A stretch of DNA of 64,000 nt from Anaeromyxobacteraceae bacterium. Lineage in GTDB: Bacteria > Myxococcota > Myxococcia > Myxococcales > Anaeromyxobacteraceae. Shown one piece after another: positions 30,594 through 40,990 of the stretch. The position numbers and the translations under genes were made by a program. Position 1 is the first letter of the stretch; each line of letters begins with the position of its first letter. The notes under the pieces are model-generated. The model searched no databases. It saw only the letters and a list, made by a program, of their open reading frames with translations, and was not told where the DNA came from. The stretch lies in the NCBI GenBank assembly GCA_032654565.1, contig JAULAX010000015.1, positions 1,056,001-1,120,000 of the forward strand, read 5' to 3'.

Positions 30594-30793
30594 GCGCGCT
30601 CCTCCTCCCACCTCAGACTGCTGCTCCGCCGACCGGTGGGGCCGGGGGCGGGGGCGGAGTATGCCACGCCGCCGGTCCCGGGCGGGACGGCCCCTCGACC
30701 GTGCCCCGCACCGGGAATCGGCCGGATTCGGGGGCCCGGGGTGGCGTCGCCGCGGGGCGGGCGGTAAATTGCCGCCGAGCCAGGGAGGGTTTC

Positions 30794-31222
30794 ATGGAGC
30801 CGAAGAGCGCGTGGAGCAAGGAGCTGGAGCTCGGCGTCGGGACCGTCGACTCGGAGCACCAGCTCCAGACCCGGCTGGTGGCGGTGCTGCGGGACGCGGT
30901 CGAGACCGGGCGGGAGCACAGCGTCATCGCCGAGATCCTGCGCCGGGTCGAGGACACCTCCAACGTCCACTTCATGAGCGAGGAGCTGCTGATGCGGCTC
31001 GACGCCTACGACCACTACGGCCACCACGTGGAGGAGCACCGCAAGCTCCTCGAGCAGCTGGCCAAGGTGCGGGCCCGCTTCGAGGCCGATCCCTCCACCG
31101 ACCTGCGCGAGATCATCGCCTGGATCGAGGCGTGGCTCACCGACCACATCAAGGGGATGGACCGGCGCTTCACCGAGAACCTGAACCGCGCCAAGGAAGC
31201 CTCCAAGGCCAGCCCGCCCTAG
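30794..31222 (+). CDS. Bacteriohemerythrin
   Basis: W..ELELGV..VDSEH, HFMSEE, HHVEEH, HIKGMD; GGAGG RBS. Confidence 0.92.
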   Translation: MEPKSAWSKELELGVGTVDSEHQLQTRLVAVLRDAVETGREHSVIAEILRRVEDTSNVHFMSEELLMRLDAYDHYGHHVEEHRKLLEQLAKVRARFEADPSTDLREIIAWIEAWLTDHIKGMDRRFTENLNRAKEASKASPP

Positions 31223-31274
31223 GGCCGTCCCCGCCGGCGCCACCCCGGCCCGCGCACCTCGCCCGAAGGACCGC

Positions 31275-33968
31275 ATGGTCCACCCTCTCCTCGCCGCCGT
31301 CCTCCTCCTCGCCAGCGCCGCCTCGGCGACCCCGCACGCGCCGGCCCGGCCGGCCGCATCGGTCCGCCCGGCCCCGGCCCCGCGCCGGGCCGTCCCCCCG
31401 CCGCCCGCCCCCGCCGGCACCACGCCGCCGAAGCTGCGCCTCCCCGACACCGCCCGCCCCACCCGCGGGGCCATCGATCTCGCCGCCGACCCCTCCACCG
31501 AGCGGTTCCGCGGCACCGTCCGCTACCAGGTGGCGCTGGCCGTCCCCACCGCCGTGGTCTGGCTCCACGCCGAGGCGCTGGAGATCAGCGCCGCCACCGT
31601 GGGCGGCCAGCCGGCCCGCCGGCTCACCGCGCCGGGTGGCTTCCTCGGCCTGGCCCTCGACACCCCGGCCCCGGCCGGCGAGGTCGAGGTGGTGGTGGAG
31701 TTCTCCGGCGCCTTCGACCGGGCCCGCTCCCGCGGCCTCTACGCCGTCGCCGAGGGGGACCGCTGGTACGCCTACACCTCCTTCGAGCCCTCCGACGCCC
31801 GCCGCGCCTTCCCCTGCTTCGACGAGCCGGGCCTCAAGATCCCCTGGCGCCTCACCCTGCGCGTCAACCAGGGGGACCTGGCGCTGGCCAACACCGCCAT
31901 CGCCGCCGAGGCCGCCGACGGCCCGCGCTACCGCGTCGACTTCGCCGAGACCCGGCCGCTCCCCGCCTCCCTGGTGGCCTTCGTGGTCGGCCCCTTCGAC
32001 CTGGTCGACGGCGGCGTCGGCGGCGCCGCCAGGGTGCCCATCCGCTTCGTGGTGCCCAAGGGGCGCGGGCCCGAGACCCGCTACGCCGCCGAGGTGACGC
32101 CGCGCATCCTCGACGCCCTGGAGGCGGAGCTGGGCCGCCCCTACCCGTACGAGAAGTGCGACGTGGCGGTGGTGCCGCGCTTCGGGGGGACCATGGCGCA
32201 CCCTGGCCTGGTGGCGCTGGGCCAGCCGCTCACCCTGATCCAGCCGGCCGAGGAGACCCGGGAGCGGCGCGAGGCCTACGCCAACCTCGCCATCCACCAG
32301 CTGGCCCGCCACTGGTACGGCGCCCTGGTCACCCACTCCTGGTGGGACGAGCTCTGGCTCAACGAGTCCTTCGGCACCTGGGAGGACGCCAACGTCACCG
32401 AGCGGCTCGAGCCGGCCTGGCGGGCCCTGGCCACGGCGCGCTGGGAGCGGCGCGGCGCCGGGCTGCAGGCCGACGCGCACCCCTCGGCCAGGCGGCTGCG
32501 CCAGCCGGTCACCTCGCGCCACGACATCGAGGGCTCCTTCGACGACGGCATCACCCGCTTCAAGGGGGCCTCGCTGCTGTCCATGTACGAGGGCTTCCTC
32601 GGCAAGGAGCGCTTCCGTCGGGCGGTGCAGTCGCACCTCGACGTCCGGGCCCACGGCGTGGCCTCCGGCGAGGACTTCCTGCTGGCGCTCTCGGCGGCGG
32701 CCGGGCCGGACGTGGCCGTCTCCTTCAAGGGGTTCCTCGACCAGCCCGGGGTGCCGCTGCTCAAGCCCACCGTCACCTGCGCCAGGCGGGGCGCCCGGGT
32801 GGCCTTCACCCAGGAGCGGTTCCTGGCCACCGGGCCGCGCGACCGGACCACCCGCTGGACGGTGCCGATCTGCGTCCGGGTCGGGGCCGGCGAGCGGCAG
32901 GCGACGGTGTGCGGGCTGGTGGGCGGGCCGCGCGGCGAGCTGGCGCTCCCCTTCTGCCCCGACTGGCTCTGGCCCAACGCCGGCGGCACCGGCTACTTCC
33001 TCACCGCGCTGGCCCCCGCCGAGCTGTCGCGGGTGCTGCCGCACCTGACGCCGGCCGAGCGGCTGGCGTTCACCACCGACGCCGAGCTGCTGGCCCGGCG
33101 CGGCGACCTGCCCATGGCCGACGCCCTCGGGCTGGTGGCGCCGCTGGCCGCCGACGCCGACCGGCTGCTGGTGGAGGGCTCGATCCGGCTGGCCGGGATC
33201 ATGGAGCCGGGCCGGCTCGGCGACGCCGACCTGGCCCGCTGGCGCACCCTGGTGCGGCGCACCTGGGGCGAGCGGGCCCGCGCCCTGGGCTGGCTGCCGC
33301 GCCTCGACGACGACGACGAGACCCGCGCCCTGCGCCGCCAGCTGCTGCCGCTGGTGGCCGGCCCCGGCGAGGAGGCGGTGCTGGCCGGCGAGGCGCTGGC
33401 GCTGGTCCGCCGCTGGCTCTCCGACCGCCGCCAGGTCCCGCCCGAGGTGGGCTGGCCGGCGCTCCCGGTGGCCACCCGCCTCGCCGACCGGGCCCTCTTC
33501 GACAGGGTGGTGACCGAGGCGGGCCGGACCAGCGACCGGACCGAGCGGGGGCGGCTGCTGGCCTCGCTGGGGAGCATCCATGATCCGGCCCTGGCCCGCG
33601 AGGCGCTGGGGCTGGTCACCGCCCCCGGCGCCGACCCCCGCGACACCCTCCCCATCCTCCGCCGCATGCTGGTCAACCGGGCCAGCCGCGGGCTGGCCTG
33701 GAGCTTCCTCAAGGAGAAGTGGACCACCCTGGCGCCCCGGCTGGACGCCGACGAGGCCAGCTGGCTCATCTCCATCGCCGCCACCGTGGCCTGCGAGCCG
33801 GGCCGGCGGGGGGAGGTGGCGGGCTTCCTCCGGCCGCGCGCCGAGCCGTTCGACGGGGCGCCCCGGGCGCTGGCCTCGGCGCTGGACGAGGCCGCCGCCT
33901 GCGCCGCCGCCAGAACCCGACACCAGCGGTCGATCTCCGCCTTCCTCACCCGCGCCGCCATGCCTTGA
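31275..33968 (+). CDS. Secreted M1 aminopeptidase homologue with degenerate active site
   Basis: '[16 protein letters not shown]', '[11 protein letters not shown]', ERAP1_C-like tail; HEXXH reads HQLAR. Confidence 0.88.
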   Translation: MVHPLLAAVLLLASAASATPHAPARPAASVRPAPAPRRAVPPPPAPAGTTPPKLRLPDTARPTRGAIDLAADPSTERFRGTVRYQVALAVPTAVVWLHAEALEISAATVGGQPARRLTAPGGFLGLALDTPAPAGEVEVVVEFSGAFDRARSRGLYAVAEGDRWYAYTSFEPSDARRAFPCFDEPGLKIPWRLTLRVNQGDLALANTAIAAEAADGPRYRVDFAETRPLPASLVAFVVGPFDLVDGGVGGAARVPIRFVVPKGRGPETRYAAEVTPRILDALEAELGRPYPYEKCDVAVVPRFGGTMAHPGLVALGQPLTLIQPAEETRERREAYANLAIHQLARHWYGALVTHSWWDELWLNESFGTWEDANVTERLEPAWRALATARWERRGAGLQADAHPSARRLRQPVTSRHDIEGSFDDGITRFKGASLLSMYEGFLGKERFRRAVQSHLDVRAHGVASGEDFLLALSAAAGPDVAVSFKGFLDQPGVPLLKPTVTCARRGARVAFTQERFLATGPRDRTTRWTVPICVRVGAGERQATVCGLVGGPRGELALPFCPDWLWPNAGGTGYFLTALAPAELSRVLPHLTPAERLAFTTDAELLARRGDLPMADALGLVAPLAADADRLLVEGSIRLAGIMEPGRLGDADLARWRTLVRRTWGERARALGWLPRLDDDDETRALRRQLLPLVAGPGEEAVLAGEALALVRRWLSDRRQVPPEVGWPALPVATRLADRALFDRVVTEAGRTSDRTERGRLLASLGSIHDPALAREALGLVTAPGADPRDTLPILRRMLVNRASRGLAWSFLKEKWTTLAPRLDADEASWLISIAATVACEPGRRGEVAGFLRPRAEPFDGAPRALASALDEAAACAAARTRHQRSISAFLTRAAMP

Positions 33969-34001
33969 CCGGGTCGGCCGGCCCGGGCACTACTTGTCAC
34001 C

Positions 34002-34616
34002 ATGCCCGCCAACCTGACGGCCCTCGACGCCCTCGACCGGCTCCGGGCCGGAAACGTGCGCTTCGCCTCCAACGTCATCTCCATCGACTCGCTGGCCCGC
34101 CAGCTCGACCGGGCGGCGCTGAAGAAGACCCAGGCCCCGTTCGCCATCGTGCTCGGCTGCTCCGACTCGCGGGCCCCGGCCGAGCTGGTCTTCGAGCAGG
34201 GGCTGGGCGAGCTCTTCGTCATCCGGGTGGCCGGCAACGTGGTCTCGCCGTCGCAGGTCGGCTCGGTGGAGTTCGCCGCCGAGCGGTTCGGCTGCCGGCT
34301 GGTGGTGGTGATGGGCCACACCCAGTGCGGCGCCATCGACGCCACGCTGGAGGCGGTGGAGAAGGGCTCGCCCCCGGCCTCGGACAACGTCATGTCGATC
34401 GTCGAGCGGGTGCGGCCGGCGGTGGAGGCGGCCCGGCTGGGGGGCGGCGACCGCGAGACGGTGGCCCGCCTGGCCACCCGCATCAACGTGCAGATGGCGG
34501 TCCAGCACCTTCGCCACGGCACCCCGGCCATCGAGCGGCTGGTGACGCACGAGGGGATGATGGTGATCGGCGCCGAGTACGACCTCGAGTCGGGGCGCGT
34601 CGAGTTCATCGGCTGA
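34002..34616 (+). CDS. Beta-class carbonic anhydrase
   Basis: CSDSR, RVAGN, GHTQCGA. Confidence 0.95.
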   Translation: MPANLTALDALDRLRAGNVRFASNVISIDSLARQLDRAALKKTQAPFAIVLGCSDSRAPAELVFEQGLGELFVIRVAGNVVSPSQVGSVEFAAERFGCRLVVVMGHTQCGAIDATLEAVEKGSPPASDNVMSIVERVRPAVEAARLGGGDRETVARLATRINVQMAVQHLRHGTPAIERLVTHEGMMVIGAEYDLESGRVEFIG

Positions 34617-34625
34617 CGGGGCCGG

Positions 34626-36572
34626 ATGACCCTCAAGACCCTCTCGCTCACCGACGACGACCTGGTCCCGGAGGAGCCCGACCCGGCCCCGGCCTCGGTC
34701 CCGCCGCCGGCCCCGGTCCCGCCGCTGGCGCCGGGCGAGCTGCTCGACGGCCGCTACCGGATCTCCCGGCTCATCGCCGAGGGGGGCATGGGCGCGGTCT
34801 ACGAGGCCGAGGCGGTGCGCATCGGCCGCCCGGTGGCGGTCAAGGTGCTCCACCCCCGCTTCGCCGCCAGCCCGCTGGAGGTGGAGCGGTTCCGCCGCGA
34901 GGCGCGGACCGCGGTGCAGGTCTCCTCGCCGCACGTGGTGGAGATGCTCGACTTCGGCCAGGCGGCCGGCGGCGAGCTCTTCCTGGTGATGGAGCTGCTG
35001 CAGGGCGAGTCGCTGCACGACCGGATGGCCCGGGAGGGGTCGCTGCCGCCGCCGCTGGTGGCCGACCTGATGCGCCAGCTGCTGCGCGGCCTCTCGGCGG
35101 CCCACGCCGCCGGCATCACCCACCGCGACCTGAAGCCGGACAACCTCTGGCTGGTGCCGGAGGAGGGGCGCGACCGGCTCACCATCCTCGACTTCGGGAT
35201 CGCCAAGCAGGTCGGGGGGGTGCCGGGCGCCGCCGCCACCCAGGCCGGGCTGGTGGTGGGCACCCCGGAGTTCCTCTCGCCGGAGCAGGCGGTGGGCGGC
35301 GAGCTCGACCACCGCGCCGACCTCTACAGCGCCGGGCTGATCGCCTGGGTGCTGCTCACCGGCCGCCACCCCTTCCAGACCGCCGACGTCCGGGCCCTGC
35401 TCCGCTCGCAGGCCTTCGACCCGGTGCCGTCGCCGGAGCGCGAGGTGCCGGAGCTGGCCGCCTACCCGGCGCTGCTCCGCTTCGTGGCCCGGGCCACGGT
35501 GAAGGACCGGGCCGGGCGGGCCCAGTCGGCGGCCGAGCTGCTCTCCATCCTCGACGGGCGCGAGGGCGGCCGGTCCACGCCGCGCCACGCCCAGGAGGCG
35601 GCCCCGTCGCCCCCCCGGCGGCGCGGCTCGCGGCCGGTCAGCAGCCTCTTCTGGCCGGTCACCACCGGGCTGCCGCGGTCCCGCACCCGGACGCTGCTGG
35701 CGGCCGAGATCGACGGCTGGGCCGGGCGCGCCGCGGAGCTGGCGCCGCACCAGCAAGCCCAGCTGCTGCTGGCCCACGACCGGCTGGTGATTCCGGCGCT
35801 GCAGGCCTTCGAAGGGCGGCGGGCGCTGGTGGCCGGGGAGGCGCTGATCGCCGACTTCGCCTCGCCCACCAACGCCGTGCTCTGCGCCATGGCCATCCAG
35901 GACCGGGTGGCGGCCTGGAACGCCACCGCCGCGGCCGGCGACCAGCTGGCGCTGCGCCTGGCGCTCCACGCCGGCGAGCTGCCCGGCGGCGTGGTGGTGG
36001 CCGGGTCGGTCCCGGTGGCGCTGGTCGAGGCCACCCGGGAGCGGACGCCGGCCGGCGACATCTGGCTGACCCGCGCCGTGGCGCTGACCATGAACCAGAC
36101 CGAGGTGCCGCTCGAGCCGGTGGCCGACGCCGTGGCCATGCCGGGCGGCGAGGCCCAGGCGCTCTACCGGGTGCGCCCCTCGAGCGGGCCGCTCCCCTTC
36201 GGCGGGCGCGAGGCGGAGCGGGTGCCGCGCGACACCGGGGTGTCGCGGCTGCTGGAGCCGGTCTCCGACACCTTCGGCTCGCTGGAGGCGGGGGGCGAGC
36301 GGCGCTGGCGCGCCTCGCTGCGGGTGGCCGGGGCGCTCCTCTCCTTCCTCTCGCTGGCGGTGGCCGGGCTGGCGACGCTGGCCGTCACGGCGCTGGTGGC
36401 GGTGCTGGGGTGGCTCTGGGGGCGCGGCCGCGAGGCCCCCTGGGCCACCCGGGCCCGGGCCGGCGTGGCGCGCGGGCGTGGCTGGCTGGCGCGCCGCTGG
36501 ACGGTGAGCCGCACGGCGCTGGCCCGGCCGCTGGCCGCCCGCCCCAGGGCGGCGCCGGAAGCGGAAGGGTAG
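34626..36572 (+). CDS. Ser/Thr protein kinase fused to a degenerate class III cyclase domain and TM segment
   Basis: Intact GGMG, VAVK, HRDLKPDN, DFG, SPE; C-terminal region resembles the next gene's cyclase domain. Confidence 0.88.
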   Translation: MTLKTLSLTDDDLVPEEPDPAPASVPPPAPVPPLAPGELLDGRYRISRLIAEGGMGAVYEAEAVRIGRPVAVKVLHPRFAASPLEVERFRREARTAVQVSSPHVVEMLDFGQAAGGELFLVMELLQGESLHDRMAREGSLPPPLVADLMRQLLRGLSAAHAAGITHRDLKPDNLWLVPEEGRDRLTILDFGIAKQVGGVPGAAATQAGLVVGTPEFLSPEQAVGGELDHRADLYSAGLIAWVLLTGRHPFQTADVRALLRSQAFDPVPSPEREVPELAAYPALLRFVARATVKDRAGRAQSAAELLSILDGREGGRSTPRHAQEAAPSPPRRRGSRPVSSLFWPVTTGLPRSRTRTLLAAEIDGWAGRAAELAPHQQAQLLLAHDRLVIPALQAFEGRRALVAGEALIADFASPTNAVLCAMAIQDRVAAWNATAAAGDQLALRLALHAGELPGGVVVAGSVPVALVEATRERTPAGDIWLTRAVALTMNQTEVPLEPVADAVAMPGGEAQALYRVRPSSGPLPFGGREAERVPRDTGVSRLLEPVSDTFGSLEAGGERRWRASLRVAGALLSFLSLAVAGLATLAVTALVAVLGWLWGRGREAPWATRARAGVARGRGWLARRWTVSRTALARPLAARPRAAPEAEG

Positions 36573-36581
36573 CCGGCCACC

Positions 36582-37778
36582 ATGAAGACCGAGAGCCGGG
36601 TGGTGATGCTCACCGACATGAAGGGCTTCACCGCCGCCACCAGCCGGCAGACGCGGGAGGAGAACGCCCGCATGCTCCGGCTGCACGACGCCCTGCTCTC
36701 GCCGGTGATCGCCGCCTTCGGCGGGCAGCGGGTCAAGAGCATCGGCGACGCCTACCTGGTGCTCTTCGCCGCCCCCACCGAGGCGCTGCTCTGCGCCGTG
36801 GCCATCCAGGACCGGCTCGCCGACCACGCCCACCGGGTGGTGGAGAGCGAGCGCATCGAGGTGCGCATCGCCCTGGCCCTCGGCGACGTGCGGCTCGACG
36901 GCGGCGACGTCTTCGGCGAGGCGGTCAACCTGGCCTCGCGCATCGAGGGCGAGGCCGAGTCGGGCGAGGTCTGGTTCTCCGAGTCGGTCTACTGGATGCT
37001 GGACCGGGCCCGCGTCCCCGTCGAGGAGATGGGCTGGCGGACGCTGCTGGGGCTGAAGGAGGAGGTGCGGCTGTTCCGGGTGGCCCGGGCCGCCACCGCG
37101 GGGCCGGCCGATCCGCCCTACGCCCACATCGGCCTCGGGCTTGTGGCGGGGCTGCCGCCGCCCATCCCGGAGAAGCTGCTGCGGACCCGGCCGCGGCGCC
37201 GCCCGGCGGCGCTGGGGAGCGGGGCGCTGGCCCGCCTCGGCGTGGCGGCGGTGCTGCTGCTGGTGGCCGGCGCGGCCGGCTGGTGGTTCTCGCTGCCGGC
37301 GGCCGAGCGCTGGACGCGGCTGGGGCGCTTCGAGGCGGCCCGGCAGGAGCTCGACCAGCTCACCGCCAGGCGCGGCGCCGACGACGGCGAGGTGCTCTAC
37401 CTGCGCGGGCTGCTCGAGCTGGCGCGGGCCGACGGCGCGGTGGGGGGCTCGCCGCGGGCCGCCTTCCACGACTGGAGCCGGGCGGTGGCCGCGGGCCACC
37501 CGGGGGCGCTGTCGGCGCTGGCCCGGCAGGGGCGCTCGCCGGAGTGCGCCCGGCGGCGGCTGGCGGCGCGGGCGCTGGGCGAGAGCCGCGCCATGGAGGC
37601 GCTCGACGCGCTCGAGGAGATGTCCAGCGCCGAGCCCCCGGCGCCGCCCCCGGAGGGGACGCTGGAGCGGCTGAAGCGGGCGGTGGCGGGCGACGGACGC
37701 TGCGGCGCCGGGGACCTGGCCCGCGAGGCGGCGGCCGCCATCGCCATCGCCACGGCGCGCCCGTCGCCGGGGCGCTGA
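36582..37778 (+). CDS. Class III adenylate/guanylate cyclase domain membrane protein
   Basis: TDMKGFT, KSIGDA, DVFGEAVNLASRIE; TM helix; helical C-terminus. Confidence 0.88.
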   Translation: MKTESRVVMLTDMKGFTAATSRQTREENARMLRLHDALLSPVIAAFGGQRVKSIGDAYLVLFAAPTEALLCAVAIQDRLADHAHRVVESERIEVRIALALGDVRLDGGDVFGEAVNLASRIEGEAESGEVWFSESVYWMLDRARVPVEEMGWRTLLGLKEEVRLFRVARAATAGPADPPYAHIGLGLVAGLPPPIPEKLLRTRPRRRPAALGSGALARLGVAAVLLLVAGAAGWWFSLPAAERWTRLGRFEAARQELDQLTARRGADDGEVLYLRGLLELARADGAVGGSPRAAFHDWSRAVAAGHPGALSALARQGRSPECARRRLAARALGESRAMEALDALEEMSSAEPPAPPPEGTLERLKRAVAGDGRCGAGDLAREAAAAIAIATARPSPGR

Positions 37779-37781
37779 GCT

Positions 37782-38594
37782 TCACCTTCCGTCGACGGCG
37801 GCGCCCGGCGGGTTGAGCCAGCCCACCTCGGCGGCGGTCACCGGCCCCACCCCCAGCTCGGCGACGCTCACCGGCAGCCGCCCCACCCCGGGGGCGAGCG
37901 GCAGCTCGCCGACCATCAGCTCGGCCAGCCGCTGCGGGAGGGGCGGGGACTGCCCGGGGTCGACCAGGCCGGCCGGGATCACGGCGTGGCCGAGGGCGTC
38001 GTACTTGTCGCTGGCCCCGAGGCAGTGGAAGACCTCGTGGAAGGCGGCGGCGGCGGCAAGCGTGGCGCCGAGGCCGTCGAAGCGGGCCCGGACCACCCCC
38101 AGCTCGCCGCCCTGCTCGCCGATCCCCTCGGCGAAGCGCGGCGCCGACTCCGAGGGCGAGACGGCCACCAGGTAGATGCGCACGTCCCAGGCGCCGGGGA
38201 GGAAGTCGGGGGCGGCGGCGTGGGCCGCGGCGGCGGCCCGCCAGAGGTCCCAGGCGTGGTGGGCCCGGTCGAGCAGCCCCGGGCCCGGCGGGGCCACCGG
38301 CGGCAGCCGGTCGACGGCCAGCGGACCGACCAGCTCCACGGTGAAGGTCTCGGCGGCGGCGGCCGGGAGGTAGCCGGCCCGCTCCGCGGCCAGGCGGCGG
38401 GCCAGGTCGTCGAGCGTGGACCGCAGCGTGGCCATGGCCGCCGGCGAGGCCTCCCCGAGCACCAGCACCGCCACGGTCACCGGCCGGTCCCAGGCGGTGC
38501 GGGCCCGGCGGGCCGAGCGGCGCCCCACCGCCCACATGACGGTCACCGCCAGCAGGACGAGGAGGATGGCGACGCGGGTGGTCTTGCTGGGCAT
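37782..38594 (-). CDS. Membrane-anchored putative zinc metalloprotease
   Basis: N-terminal TM; HEVFHCLGASDKY. Confidence 0.65.
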   Translation of the reverse strand: MPSKTTRVAILLVLLAVTVMWAVGRRSARRARTAWDRPVTVAVLVLGEASPAAMATLRSTLDDLARRLAAERAGYLPAAAAETFTVELVGPLAVDRLPPVAPPGPGLLDRAHHAWDLWRAAAAAHAAAPDFLPGAWDVRIYLVAVSPSESAPRFAEGIGEQGGELGVVRARFDGLGATLAAAAAFHEVFHCLGASDKYDALGHAVIPAGLVDPGQSPPLPQRLAELMVGELPLAPGVGRLPVSVAELGVGPVTAAEVGWLNPPGAAVDGR

Positions 38595-38636
38595 GGCGGC
38601 GGCGAGGCGGTGGGCGCGGGGCGGGCGGGGGCGGGC

Positions 38637-39125
38637 TCAGGCGGCGGCGCCTGGCGGCGGGCCGGCGACGTGCTCGTGGGGCTCGTGGGGCGGGCCGAAG
38701 CGCAGGTTCCGGATGGCCATGAAGACCTCGCGCAGGTAGCAGAGCAGCGCCACCACGTAGGCCCCCACCGCCAGGATGAAGAGCACCGCCAGGGCGACGC
38801 CGACGTGGGCGTCGACCAGGTAGCCGACGAAGGCCACCGCGATCACCAGGCAGACCATGATGGCGCAGCCGGTGCCAAAGGTGAGGGCCAGGTGGATCAG
38901 GCTGGCCCGGGCGTGGAGCACTCCCAGCTCGGCGCGGGTCGACTCGACGCGGGCCGGGGCGGCCACCGCCAGCAGCCCCTCCACCCGGCGGGCCCGGTCG
39001 ACGATGCGGGCCAGCCGCTGCGAGAAGACCGAGAGGGTGGTGCTGACCGCGGTGAGCAGGAAGACCGGGGCCACCGCCAGCTGGATGGTGTGGGTGATGT
39101 CCTGGAGGTCGGGCTGGGTGGGCAT
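38637..39125 (-). CDS. DUF2721 membrane protein
   Basis: 'IQLAVAPVFLL...RLARIVDRAR', 'LREV'. Confidence 0.85.
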   Translation of the reverse strand: MPTQPDLQDITHTIQLAVAPVFLLTAVSTTLSVFSQRLARIVDRARRVEGLLAVAAPARVESTRAELGVLHARASLIHLALTFGTGCAIMVCLVIAVAFVGYLVDAHVGVALAVLFILAVGAYVVALLCYLREVFMAIRNLRFGPPHEPHEHVAGPPPGAAA

Positions 39126-39181
39126 GATTCGAGTATATTCCCGCCCCTTCGGAATACCCCAGCCCGGGAGCGCCGTCCGCC

Positions 39182-40846
<1,665 letters not shown>

Positions 40847-40870
40847 TGCGAGGAGGTCGAAGGGTGTAGC

Positions 40871-40980
40871 CCAATCGCAAGGCCCAGCTTGCTGGGCCGC
40901 GCAGGCACTTATCGCAAGCCGCAGCTTGCTGCGGCGCGCAGGCTTTTATTGCAAGGCGCAGAAAGCTGCGCCGCGCAGTT
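40871..40980. repeat. Three ~37-bp palindromic (REP-like) tandem units between convergent ettA and topA
   Basis: AT(C/T)GCAA-[hairpin]-GCGCAG units at 40874, 40911, 40948. Confidence 0.8.
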
Positions 40981-40990
40981 CTTGACCGCA

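Noticed and set aside
33719..37816. 1365-aa and similar long Arg/Gly/Pro-rich alternative-frame or antisense ORFs throughout the track
   Set aside because: Shadow ORFs expected at very high GC; they overlap well-supported genes and lack motifs
40871..40980. Mini-CRISPR or attC array
   Set aside because: The variable part is the hairpin stem itself; no spacers, cassettes or integrase
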